From: Candidatus Krumholzibacteriia bacterium
GTDB taxonomy: Bacteria; Krumholzibacteriota; Krumholzibacteriia; JAJRXK01
Reading direction: 5' to 3'
Assembly (NCBI GenBank): GCA_041484665.1
Contig: JBGPIA010000002.1
Location: forward strand, 128,001 to 192,000
DNA length: 64,000 nucleotides
The translations under genes and the position numbers were made by a program. This document shows positions 22,934-33,405 of the stretch, piece after piece. Under the pieces are notes generated by a model. That model made no database searches. It saw only the letters and a program-made list of their open reading frames with translations, and was not told the DNA's origin. The number at the start of each line of letters is the position of its first letter. Position 1 is the first letter of the stretch.

Positions 22934-23893
22934 ATGATCCTATCCAGCGAAGAGCCGGTGCCCCGCGAGGGCGCGTTCCCGTCCGCCACGGCACCACAGC
23001 GGCAGGATGACGGGGCGCCCGGAGACGGCTACGTCGTCCACCTCGACCGCTTCGCCGGGCCGCTGGATCTGCTGCTGTACCTGATCCAGCGCGACGAGAT
23101 CGACATCTACGACATCCCCATCGCCCACATCACGAAGCAGTACCTGGCATTCCTCGAGGTGATCGACGTCTTCAGCCTCGACAATGCGGGAGAGTTCCTG
23201 GTGATGGCGGCGACCCTCATGCGCATCAAAGTGCGCATGCTGCTCCCCATCCAGCGGCCCGCCGAGGACGACGAGGAAGGGGACCCGCGCGACGAGCTGG
23301 TGCGCCGCCTGCTGGAGTACAAAAAGTACAAAGAGGCCGCCGAACAGCTCTCCCAGGCCGAGGACCGCCGGCGCGACTACTATCGCCGCGGGCTGGAATT
23401 CCCATTCCTGGACCAGAACGAGGAGCCGGCCGAGCTCACGCTGTCGATGTTCGATCTGCTGAGCGCGGTCAAGGACATCTTCGAGCAGCTCAAGGGCGAC
23501 CACCGCCACCACGTCTTCCAGGAGGTCTTCACCGTCGAGGAGCAGGCGGCGAAGATCCTGGCCTCCCTGGACGGGCGCGAGGCGGTGCGTTTCCGGGAGA
23601 TCTTCGCCGGGCTGCCCGTGAAGATGGCGGTGGTGGTGACGTTCGTGGCCATGCTCGAGCTCATGAAGCAGGGCCGCCTGCACGCGCGCCAGCTGTGTCC
23701 GTATGGCGAGATCTGGATCGTGCCGGCGGGCGCCGACGTCGTGGAGGCCACCGTGGCCGCCGTCGCTGCCAGCGCCCCCGTCGAGGCGGTGACAGTGTTG
23801 GCCGGCCCCGCTGCGGACGCGCCACCGGACACTGCGCCGGACCCGGTCCCGGAAGCGGCGCTGGCGGCGCAGGGAGGGGCTCATGCGGCGTGA
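22934..23893 (+). CDS. scpA: Segregation and condensation protein A
   Basis: FAGPLDLLLYLI, EFLVMAATL and VVTFVAMLELMK. Confidence 0.96.
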   Translation: MILSSEEPVPREGAFPSATAPQRQDDGAPGDGYVVHLDRFAGPLDLLLYLIQRDEIDIYDIPIAHITKQYLAFLEVIDVFSLDNAGEFLVMAATLMRIKVRMLLPIQRPAEDDEEGDPRDELVRRLLEYKKYKEAAEQLSQAEDRRRDYYRRGLEFPFLDQNEEPAELTLSMFDLLSAVKDIFEQLKGDHRHHVFQEVFTVEEQAAKILASLDGREAVRFREIFAGLPVKMAVVVTFVAMLELMKQGRLHARQLCPYGEIWIVPAGADVVEATVAAVAASAPVEAVTVLAGPAADAPPDTAPDPVPEAALAAQGGAHAA

Positions 23894-24656
23894 CGTGGAG
23901 GCGGTGCTGTTCGCCTCCGATCAGCCGCTTTCGCTGGTGCGGCTGGCGGCGATCTTTCCCGAGGTGGATCGCGCGGCGCTGCGCGCGGCCATCGAGGAGT
24001 TGCGCGCCGAATATGACCGCGCTGAGCGCGCGTTCACGATCGTGGAGTTCGGCGGCGGCTACTCGGTCTGCACGCGTCCGGAGCACGCCGCCGTCGTGCG
24101 GCGACTCTACCGCGGCCGCACCAAGGTGCGCCTCAGCCGCGCGGCGCTGGAGTGTCTGGCGATCGCGGCCTACAAACAGCCGGTGACCCGTCTGGAGATC
24201 GAGGAGATCCGCGGCGTGTCGGTGGTCGGGGTGCTCGGCACGTTGCTGGAACGCGACCTGGTGACGATCGTAGGGCGTGCCCAGGGGCTGGGCCATCCGC
24301 TGCTGTACGGTACCACGCGCAGTTTCCTGGACTACCTGGGATTGAAAGCGCTCGAGGAGCTCCCGCAGCTGGCCGAGCTGGAGGACCTGCTGGCGCGCCG
24401 CGAGGAGCTCAAGCAGCTCGCCGCACGTTACGGAACCGAGCTGGGCGACGAGGAGCTCGACGAGTTCGCCGCGGCGGACGGCGCACAGGAGGCCACCGCC
24501 CCGGAGGCGGAGCCGATGGGCTCGCCCACGGCGGAGCCGCCGGACGCAGGCGGGCGGGAGGCGCCCGATGCCCTGGTCGTGCCGGACCCATCCGACGCGT
24601 CGGACGCGCCCGCGGCCGCCCGGGCGCAGCAAGCCGCGGCGGGCGGTGCGGATTAA
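23883..24656 (+). CDS. scpB: Segregation and condensation protein B
   Basis: VEAVLFAS, LSRAALECLAIAAYKQPVTR and LYGTT..FL. Confidence 0.96.
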   Translation: MRRDVEAVLFASDQPLSLVRLAAIFPEVDRAALRAAIEELRAEYDRAERAFTIVEFGGGYSVCTRPEHAAVVRRLYRGRTKVRLSRAALECLAIAAYKQPVTRLEIEEIRGVSVVGVLGTLLERDLVTIVGRAQGLGHPLLYGTTRSFLDYLGLKALEELPQLAELEDLLARREELKQLAARYGTELGDEELDEFAAADGAQEATAPEAEPMGSPTAEPPDAGGREAPDALVVPDPSDASDAPAAARAQQAAAGGAD

Positions 24657-25446
24657 CCGCTTCCTTTCCCAGGCGGGCCTGGGATCGCGCCGCGCCGTCG
24701 AGGCGCTGGTGCGCGACGGTCGGGTGCGGGTGAACGGGCGCACCGTGACCGGGCTCTCCGTGCAGATCGATCCGCAGCAGGATCGCGTCGACGTGGACGG
24801 CGAGCGCGCCGTGGCGGCCCCGCCCGGGCGGCTGTTCGCCCTGCACAAGCCGTTGGGGATCGTGAGCAGCTTCCGCGCCCAGGGCGACAGCGGCAGCCTC
24901 GCCGACCTGCTGCCCCGCGCACTGCGCCACGGGCGGCTCTTCCACGTCGGACTCCTGGAACGCGACAGCAGCGGGCTGCTCCTGTTGACCGACGACGGCG
25001 AGCTCGCGCAGCTGGTGCTCCACCCGGCGCACCCGGTCTGGAAGGAGTACGACGTCAACGTGGATCGCGCTCTGGGCAAGACGGAGCTCGCCGCGCTGGA
25101 GCGGGCGCGGATCGTGCTCGACGGCCGGCCTTGCGGGCCGGTGCGCGTGCAGCCCGGGCGCGGCCTCGGCGGGACCGCCTACCGACTCTGGCTGCGGGGG
25201 GGCCGCAATCGCCAGATCCACCGCATGCTCGAGGCGCTGGGACGCCGCGTGCAGCGCCTGCATCGCGTCGCTATCGGGCCGCTGCGGCTGGGGAGCCTGC
25301 CGCCCGGGGCGCTGCGCGCCGTCACGCCAAACGAGCGCGACGCGCTGGTGGCAGCAGCGCGCGCCCCCGAGCCGCAGCACGCGCGACGGAGCGCTGCGCG
25401 GCCGTCGGGCCACTCCCGCGCTCCGGGGGGCCCGCGGCGCGATTGA
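24646..25446 (+). CDS. RsuA/RluB-family pseudouridine synthase homolog with S4 domain and altered catalytic motif
   Basis: RINRFLSQAGLGSRR (S4), HKPLG, VGLLERDSSGLLLLT, KEY and GRNRQI. Follows scpB as rluB usually does. Confidence 0.85.
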   Translation: MRINRFLSQAGLGSRRAVEALVRDGRVRVNGRTVTGLSVQIDPQQDRVDVDGERAVAAPPGRLFALHKPLGIVSSFRAQGDSGSLADLLPRALRHGRLFHVGLLERDSSGLLLLTDDGELAQLVLHPAHPVWKEYDVNVDRALGKTELAALERARIVLDGRPCGPVRVQPGRGLGGTAYRLWLRGGRNRQIHRMLEALGRRVQRLHRVAIGPLRLGSLPPGALRAVTPNERDALVAAARAPEPQHARRSAARPSGHSRAPGGPRRD

Positions 25447-25472
25447 CGCGCCCCGGCGCGGGCGACTAGGTT
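25443..25472 (+). promoter_or_regulatory. sigma70-type promoter of hisC-aroA-cmk
   Basis: TTGACG-N18-TAGGTT. Confidence 0.5.
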
Positions 25473-25502
25473 TGACCGAGCACCCACGGCAGAAAGCGCG
25501 CC

Positions 25503-26621
25503 ATGGCCGACTTCGAGCACCTCGTCCGCGCCTCCATCAAGTCGCTCACCCCATACCAGGCGGGCAAGCCCATCGAGGAGGTACAGCGCGAGCTGGGGCT
25601 GGCGCACGTGGTCAAGCTGGCGAGCAACGAGTACCCCGAGGGGCCGTTCCCCGAGGTGCTGGCGGCCCTGGCCGCGGAGCTGCCGCGGCTGAATCGCTAC
25701 CCCGACTCGGCCGGCTACGAGCTGACGCATGCGGTCTCCGAGGCGCTGGGCCTCCCGGTCCGCGAGTTGTTCTTCGGCAACGGCAACAACGAGATCCTCG
25801 AGCTGCTCGTGCACTTGCTGGTCGAGCCGGGCAGCCAGGCCGTCTACGCGCATCCCAGCTTCCCGATCTACGGGCTGATCTGCCGGAGCCACTTCGACTG
25901 CGGCGTAAGCGTGCCGTGCCGCCCCGACTACGTCCACGACCTGCCGGCGATGGCGGCGGCGGTGACCGAGCGCACGCGGCTAGTGTTCATCTGCAATCCG
26001 AACAACCCGACCGGCACCTACGTCACGCGCAGCGAGCTGGTCCACTTCCTGGAGCGGATCCCCGCACAGGTCGTGGTCGCCCTGGACGAGGCGTACATGG
26101 AGTTCGCCGTCGCCGACGATTTCCCCGACTTCTTCGAGTTGCGCGGGCGGTTCCCCAATCTCGCCTCGTTGCGCACCTTCTCCAAGGCCTACAGCCTGGC
26201 CGGTCTGCGCCTGGGCTATCTCATCGGCGACGAGCGGCTCGTGAACCTGCTGCACCGCGTGCGTCAACCCTTCAACGTCAACCGCCTCAGCCAGGTGGCC
26301 GCTGTTACGGCGGTGCGCCACAAGGAGCGCGTGGCGGAGCGGCGCCGGCTCAACCGAACGCGCTTGGAGCGGCTGGCGCGCGCGATGGAGCTTCTGGGTT
26401 GTACCGTCCTCCCCTCGCAGGCGAACTTCCTGCTGGCGTTCTCCCCACGCCCCGTGCCCGAGCTCTTCCAGCGGCTGCTGCGCGAAGGCGTGATCGTGCG
26501 CCCGACCGAACCGTTCGGGATGCCCCCGGGCTCCTTCCGCGTGAGCGTCGGCAGCGACGAGGAGAACGCCCGATTCCTCGCGGCGCTGGAGAAAGTGCTC
26601 GCGCTGGAGGGTGCCGTTTGA
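25503..26621 (+). CDS. hisC: Histidinol-phosphate aminotransferase
   Basis: KLASNE, CNPNNPTG, DEAY and RTFSKAYSLAGLRLGY. Confidence 0.95.
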   Translation: MADFEHLVRASIKSLTPYQAGKPIEEVQRELGLAHVVKLASNEYPEGPFPEVLAALAAELPRLNRYPDSAGYELTHAVSEALGLPVRELFFGNGNNEILELLVHLLVEPGSQAVYAHPSFPIYGLICRSHFDCGVSVPCRPDYVHDLPAMAAAVTERTRLVFICNPNNPTGTYVTRSELVHFLERIPAQVVVALDEAYMEFAVADDFPDFFELRGRFPNLASLRTFSKAYSLAGLRLGYLIGDERLVNLLHRVRQPFNVNRLSQVAAVTAVRHKERVAERRRLNRTRLERLARAMELLGCTVLPSQANFLLAFSPRPVPELFQRLLREGVIVRPTEPFGMPPGSFRVSVGSDEENARFLAALEKVLALEGAV

Positions 26622-27979
26622 GCCTCGGTCCCCCCGCAACCGCGCGCCGGGAGCCGCAGCCCTGGGTGCTCCGACGGCCCGGCGCACTGCGGGGCACGGT
26701 GCGCGTCCCAGGGGACAAGTCGATCAGTCACCGCGCGCTGCTGTTGCACGCCTTGGCTGTGGGTGAGGCGCGTATCGCCGGCCTCAATGCGGGTGCCGAC
26801 GTGGCCGCCACTCGGTCAGCGCTGCGCGCGCTGGGTCTGGCCCTCCGTGACGAGAGCGGGACGGTGGTCGTGCAAGGGCGTGCCGGACGGCTCGCGCCCG
26901 CCCGCGCCGCCCTCGACTGCGCCAACTCGGGCACCACCCTGCGGCTCTTGGCGGGCTTGTTGGCCGCGCAGCCGTTCACCGCCACGCTCGACGGCGACGC
27001 GAGCCTGCGCCGCCGACCCATGGCGCGGATCACCGAGCCGCTGCGTGCGATGGGCGCGCAGGTGGATGGCCCGACCGGCGGCCGTACGCCGCCGTTGATC
27101 ATCACCGGCGGCGCGCTGCGCGCAGCGCGCTTCGAGTTGCCTGTGGCCTCGGCCCAGGTGAAGAGTTGCCTGCTGCTGGCTGCCGCTGCGGCCGGCGTCG
27201 GCGTGGAGGTCGTGGAGCCGCTGCCCTCGCGCGACCACACCGAGCGCATGCTGGCCGGCATGGGCGCGTCCCTCGCGCGCTCGCCCGACGGGCGGAGCGT
27301 CCGGCTGAGAACGGGACCGCCGTTGCGCGCACTCTCGCTCACGGTCCCGGGCGATCCGTCCAGCGCCGCGCTGCTGGCCGCGGCGGCGCTGTCCGTTCCG
27401 GGCAGCCGGGTGGCACTGCCGGGGATCGCCCTCAATCCGGGGCGCACGGGCTTCCTGGCTGTTCTGCGGCGGATGGGGGCCGCGATCGCGGTGGCGCCGG
27501 GACCCGATCAGGGCGGCGAGCCTACCGGCGATCTGATCGTGGAGGGCACAGGCGATTTGGCGGCCACCGACGTGCAGGGCGACGAGGTGCCAGCGTTGCT
27601 CGACGAGGTTCCAGCGTTGGCGGTCGTGTGCGCCTTCGCCACCGGCACGTCGCGCTTCCGCGCGGTCGGTGAGCTGCGCGTCAAGGAGTCGGACCGCCTG
27701 GCCGCCCTGCGCGAGCTGCTGGCGGCGTTTAGCATACGCGCCTGGGAGGAGGGGGACGATCTGGTCGTGGCGGGCGGCGCCCCCCAACCGCCGGCCGAGC
27801 TCCCCGCGAGCGACGACCACCGCATCGTCATGGCGGGGGTTGCACTCGCCCTGGGCGCGCTGGCACGCGCCGGCGACCTGGGGCGCACTTGCCGCTTGCC
27901 CGACGCGACCGCCGCCGCGGTGAGCTTCCCCGCGTTTCGTCCCAGCGTGGAGGCGTTGGCGAGCGACGGCCACGCCTGA
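26618..27979 (+). CDS. aroA: EPSP synthase
   Basis: PGDKSISHRA, NSGTT, SAQVKS, RDHTE, LRVKESDR and DHRI. TTGA overlap with the hisC stop. Confidence 0.96.
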   Translation: MSLGPPATARREPQPWVLRRPGALRGTVRVPGDKSISHRALLLHALAVGEARIAGLNAGADVAATRSALRALGLALRDESGTVVVQGRAGRLAPARAALDCANSGTTLRLLAGLLAAQPFTATLDGDASLRRRPMARITEPLRAMGAQVDGPTGGRTPPLIITGGALRAARFELPVASAQVKSCLLLAAAAAGVGVEVVEPLPSRDHTERMLAGMGASLARSPDGRSVRLRTGPPLRALSLTVPGDPSSAALLAAAALSVPGSRVALPGIALNPGRTGFLAVLRRMGAAIAVAPGPDQGGEPTGDLIVEGTGDLAATDVQGDEVPALLDEVPALAVVCAFATGTSRFRAVGELRVKESDRLAALRELLAAFSIRAWEEGDDLVVAGGAPQPPAELPASDDHRIVMAGVALALGALARAGDLGRTCRLPDATAAAVSFPAFRPSVEALASDGHA

Positions 27980-27998
27980 CGCCACCGCGCCTTTGGCC

Positions 27999-29354
27999 AT
28001 GCCCCCGCACCCCACACCGCCGCCCTTTTCGACGCTGCACGTTGCGATCGACGGACCGGCCGGCTCCGGAAAATCCACCGTGGCGGCACGGCTGGCCGAG
28101 CGGCTGCAGCTCCTCCACGTGGACACGGGCGCCATGTACCGGGCGTTGACGTTGGCCGCATTGCGCGCCGGCGCGCCGCTCGATGACGGCCCGCGCTTGG
28201 CGCGGCTGTTGGCGGACGCTCGGATCGGCCTGGAGGGCGGGCGCACCTACTGGAGCGGCCAGGACGTGGAGGCGGCGATCCGCGGCCCCGCAGTGACCGC
28301 GGCCGTCTCGCAGGTGAGCGCCCATCCGCAGGTGCGCCGGGTGATGGTGCAGCGGCAGCGCTGGCTGTGCTGGCAGGCGCCGCGGGGCGCGGTGCTCGAG
28401 GGGCGCGACATCGGGACGGTGGTGCTGCCGCTGGCCCAGTGCAAGATCTACCTCGACGCCGCGCCGCAGGAGCGCGCTCGACGTCGCGCGGCGCAGGCGG
28501 GGCTTCCCACCAGCGGCCCCGAGCTGGAGCGCCTGCAGGGCGACATCGAGCGGCGGGACGCCCTGGACAGCTCCCGCGCGGCGAGTCCCCTGCAGGTCGC
28601 GCCGGACGCCCACGTGGTGGACACCACACAGCTCGACCTCGCGGCGGTGATCCTGCGCTGCGTGGAGCTGGCGCGCGCGGCGCGGACGCCGCCCGCGCCG
28701 CGCGCCGCCATGGCCGGCTATCGTTACCGCCACGCCGGCTACGCGATCTGCCACCGCGTAATCGGGTCCGCCGTGCGCTTGTTGGTGGGAGCGAAGGTGG
28801 TGGGCCGCGATCTCCAGCAGGTGCCCGAGGGGCTCATCTACGCCTGCAACCACATCTCCTGGTTCGACCCTCCGGTGCTGGGAGCGTGCCTCGATCGCGA
28901 GGTGTGGTACCTCGCCAAGCAGGAGCTCTTCTCCGGCCTGCTGGGCTGGACCATCGCCCGCTTCAACGCCATCCCCATCGATCGCAGCCGCTACGATGCG
29001 AAGGCCTTCGAGCACGCGACCCGCGTGCTGGCGGAGGGTGGCAGCCTGGTCATCTTCCCCGAGGGCACGCGGCGCCCCGAGGGGCAGCCCGGCCCGATCC
29101 GGCGCGGGCTCGCCGTGCTGCTGCTGCGCAGCGAGCGGCCCTACGTGCCCTGCTACGTGCGCGGTACGCGGGCGCTGCCGGCCGCGATACTGCGCCGCCG
29201 TGGATTGGAAGTGTGGATGGGCCCGCCGGTCCGCCTGCACGCGCTGGCCCATCTGCGTGCACACTTGCCGGAGCCCGAACTCCACGCCCGCATCGGGGCG
29301 CTGTTCCTACAGCAACTGGAGGCCCTGGTCGACCTGGCCGAGGGCGAGCCCTGA
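27999..29354 (+). CDS. cmk: Cytidylate kinase fused to a PlsC-like 1-acylglycerol-3-phosphate acyltransferase
   Basis: IDGPAGSGKST, DTGAMYR and EGRDIGT (Cmk), then NHISWFD and FPEGTR (PlsC) in one frame. Confidence 0.9.
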   Translation: MPPHPTPPPFSTLHVAIDGPAGSGKSTVAARLAERLQLLHVDTGAMYRALTLAALRAGAPLDDGPRLARLLADARIGLEGGRTYWSGQDVEAAIRGPAVTAAVSQVSAHPQVRRVMVQRQRWLCWQAPRGAVLEGRDIGTVVLPLAQCKIYLDAAPQERARRRAAQAGLPTSGPELERLQGDIERRDALDSSRAASPLQVAPDAHVVDTTQLDLAAVILRCVELARAARTPPAPRAAMAGYRYRHAGYAICHRVIGSAVRLLVGAKVVGRDLQQVPEGLIYACNHISWFDPPVLGACLDREVWYLAKQELFSGLLGWTIARFNAIPIDRSRYDAKAFEHATRVLAEGGSLVIFPEGTRRPEGQPGPIRRGLAVLLLRSERPYVPCYVRGTRALPAAILRRRGLEVWMGPPVRLHALAHLRAHLPEPELHARIGALFLQQLEALVDLAEGEP

Positions 29355-29423
29355 GCCCTTGGCCGGTCGCCGCGCGGGGCGTGGAATGAAGGGCGGACCG
29401 GTGCGGTCCCGACCGGTCGGCCC

Positions 29424-29452
29424 TTGATCCCCCGAGGGACCGCACCTATACT
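29424..29452 (+). promoter_or_regulatory. sigma70-type promoter of rpsA
   Basis: TTGATC-N17-TATACT. Confidence 0.65.
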
Positions 29453-29504
29453 GGTCGACTGCCCCTCTTGGGGCCAATCCAAGGAGAAGGAGCGTGTTTT
29501 CCGC

Positions 29505-31364
<1,860 letters not shown>

Positions 31365-31403
31365 GCCGCCCGCGCCCACTCGCGCGCAGCCGTTCGTCGC
31401 AGC

Positions 31404-31434
31404 CGGCCCCGGCGTCCGCCGGGGCCGCTTGCGT
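31404..31434 (+). terminator. Hairpin after rpsA, possible terminator
   Basis: CGGCCCCGGCG/CGCCGGGGCCG perfect stem with a weak U-tract. Confidence 0.45.
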
Positions 31435-31477
31435 CTGCTGGCGCCGGGGCACGCCGGGGGCACGCGCGGGCCCGCGC

Positions 31478-31506
31478 TTGAGGGGCTTCCGGCGAGCTTC
31501 TATCAT
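31478..31506 (+). promoter_or_regulatory. sigma70-type promoter of the miaB operon
   Basis: TTGAGG-N17-TATCAT. Confidence 0.5.
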
Positions 31507-31655
31507 GTCGTGCGCTGCAGGAGCGCGGATCGCCGCGCCGCGCGCCAGGTGGCCGCGCTCTGCGTGGTGTCGATGCGCGCCAGCGGCGGGGCGCGCGGGC
31601 CGCCGCGAATCCGTCGTGGCAGCCGGCGCACTTCAACAGGAGGGTCCGCAGTCCC

Positions 31656-33071
31656 ATGCCCGAGCGTCACGCCGGCCCCGCCACACCCGCGGTCACCCGC
31701 ACGCTGCCCGCGGCCACGCCCGACGTGACGGCGCGGCGCGCCGTCTACGTCGAGACCTACGGCTGCCAGATGAACGTCTACGACAGCCGGGCGATTCTCG
31801 ACGTGTTGGCCGCGAACGGGTATCGGGAGGCGCAGGGCCCCGAGACCGCTGACCTCGTCCTGCTCAATACCTGCGCCGTCCGCGACCACGCCGAGCAGCG
31901 CGTCCTCAGCCGCCTGGGCGAGCTGGCGCTCCAGCGCCAGCGGCGACCTCAGCTGCTCCTGGGCATCGTCGGCTGCATGGCGCAGCGCCTGGGCAAGGAG
32001 CTGCTCCTGCGCGGCCAGCCCGTGGACCTGGTGGTGGGCACGGACAACTACCGTCGCATCCCGGAGCTGGTGGAAGGGGTTTTACAAGACGGTGAGCCGC
32101 GCTTCGACGTCTCCGCCGACGGCACCACGATCTACCAGGCCTCACCCGAGCGCGATCCGGTCCACAACACGCACTTCCTTTCCATCACCCAGGGCTGCGA
32201 CTACCGCTGTACATTCTGCGTGGTGCCCGCCACGCGGGGCGTGCTGCGCTGCAAGGACCCCGAGGCCGTCGTCGCAGAGGTGCGGCGCGTGGTGGAGTCG
32301 GGCGGGGTCGAGGTGACGCTGCTGGGGCAGAACGTCACGGCCTACCGCCATCCGCGGGCCGGCTTCGCCGACCTGCTGCGGCGGGTAGCCACGGTGGACG
32401 GGCTGCGGCGCGTCCGATTCCTCACCAGCCACCCGACCGATATCACCGAGGAGACCCTGAACGCGATGGCGCAGGAGCCGGCGGTCTGTCCGTGGCTGCA
32501 TATGCCCGTGCAGAGCGGCAGTGACCGGATCCTGCGGCGGATGAAGCGGGGCTACCGGCTGGCCGACTATTTGCAGGTGGTGGAGCGGGCGCGGGCGCTG
32601 CTGCCGGGCGTCACCTTCTCGACCGACGTGATCGTGGGCTTCCCGGGGGAGACCGAGGAGGACTTCCAGGCCACCCTGGACGTGATGTCCACCGTGGGCT
32701 ACGACTCGGCCTTCACCTTCAAGTACTCGCCCCGGCCGGGCACGCCGGCCTTCAAGCTGCAGGACGACGTACCGCCCGGCGAGAAGAGCCGCCGCCTGGC
32801 ACGCCTCAACGCCCATCAGGAGGAGTTGTGGGAGCGGCGCTCCCGTGCTTTGATCGGGGAGCGTTGGGAGATTGCCGTGGAGGGCGAGGACCCCAAGGGG
32901 CGCGGCCGGCTGGTGGGGCGCACCGCGAACAACCGCAAGGTGCTCCTGCCACGCGTGCCCGGCTGCGCTCGCGGCGATGAACTGCTGGCGCGGGTGGCCG
33001 GGGTCAAGGGCACCACGTTCCACGCCGAGCCGATCGGCGTGCTGTGGAAGTGGGATCGTGTGGCTGCTTAG
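31656..33071 (+). CDS. miaB: tRNA methylthiotransferase MiaB
   Basis: TYGCQMN, NTCAVR, GCMAQ, CDYRCTFC radical SAM motif and TRAM domain. Confidence 0.96.
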   Translation: MPERHAGPATPAVTRTLPAATPDVTARRAVYVETYGCQMNVYDSRAILDVLAANGYREAQGPETADLVLLNTCAVRDHAEQRVLSRLGELALQRQRRPQLLLGIVGCMAQRLGKELLLRGQPVDLVVGTDNYRRIPELVEGVLQDGEPRFDVSADGTTIYQASPERDPVHNTHFLSITQGCDYRCTFCVVPATRGVLRCKDPEAVVAEVRRVVESGGVEVTLLGQNVTAYRHPRAGFADLLRRVATVDGLRRVRFLTSHPTDITEETLNAMAQEPAVCPWLHMPVQSGSDRILRRMKRGYRLADYLQVVERARALLPGVTFSTDVIVGFPGETEEDFQATLDVMSTVGYDSAFTFKYSPRPGTPAFKLQDDVPPGEKSRRLARLNAHQEELWERRSRALIGERWEIAVEGEDPKGRGRLVGRTANNRKVLLPRVPGCARGDELLARVAGVKGTTFHAEPIGVLWKWDRVAA

Positions 33072-33405
33072 GACGATCTTCGCGGTGGTGATCGCCGGCG
33101 TCTTCGTCGTGATCGCCCTGGAGAACAACGGGCCGCCGATGACGGTGCGCTTCTTCCAGCTGCGGTTCGAGAACGTCCATCCCTTCGTGGTGATCTTCAC
33201 CGCGTCGTTCCTCGGCTTCCTGGTGGGGCTGCTCGTGTGCGCCATCCGCGAGATCCGCCTGCGCATCGATCTGTCGCGCGTGCGCAAGGAGAACGCGCTC
33301 TTGGCCCGCGAGGTGGCCGACCTGCGCGCCGCGCCGTTGCGCGACCTGGACATTCCCTCGCCCGAGCCCGACACGCGGCGGTTGCGCAGCCGCGTCACAC
33401 CATGA
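33058..33405 (+). CDS. lapA: LapA-family membrane protein
   Basis: Two TM helices (...ALENN...V.F), coiled tail, directly upstream of a lapB-like gene. Confidence 0.75.
   Translation: MWLLRTIFAVVIAGVFVVIALENNGPPMTVRFFQLRFENVHPFVVIFTASFLGFLVGLLVCAIREIRLRIDLSRVRKENALLAREVADLRAAPLRDLDIPSPEPDTRRLRSRVTP

Noticed and set aside
25472..26617. 835-aa AroA with long N-terminal extension
   Set aside because: The extension is an alternative frame of hisC. The real start is TTG 26618 with an SD.
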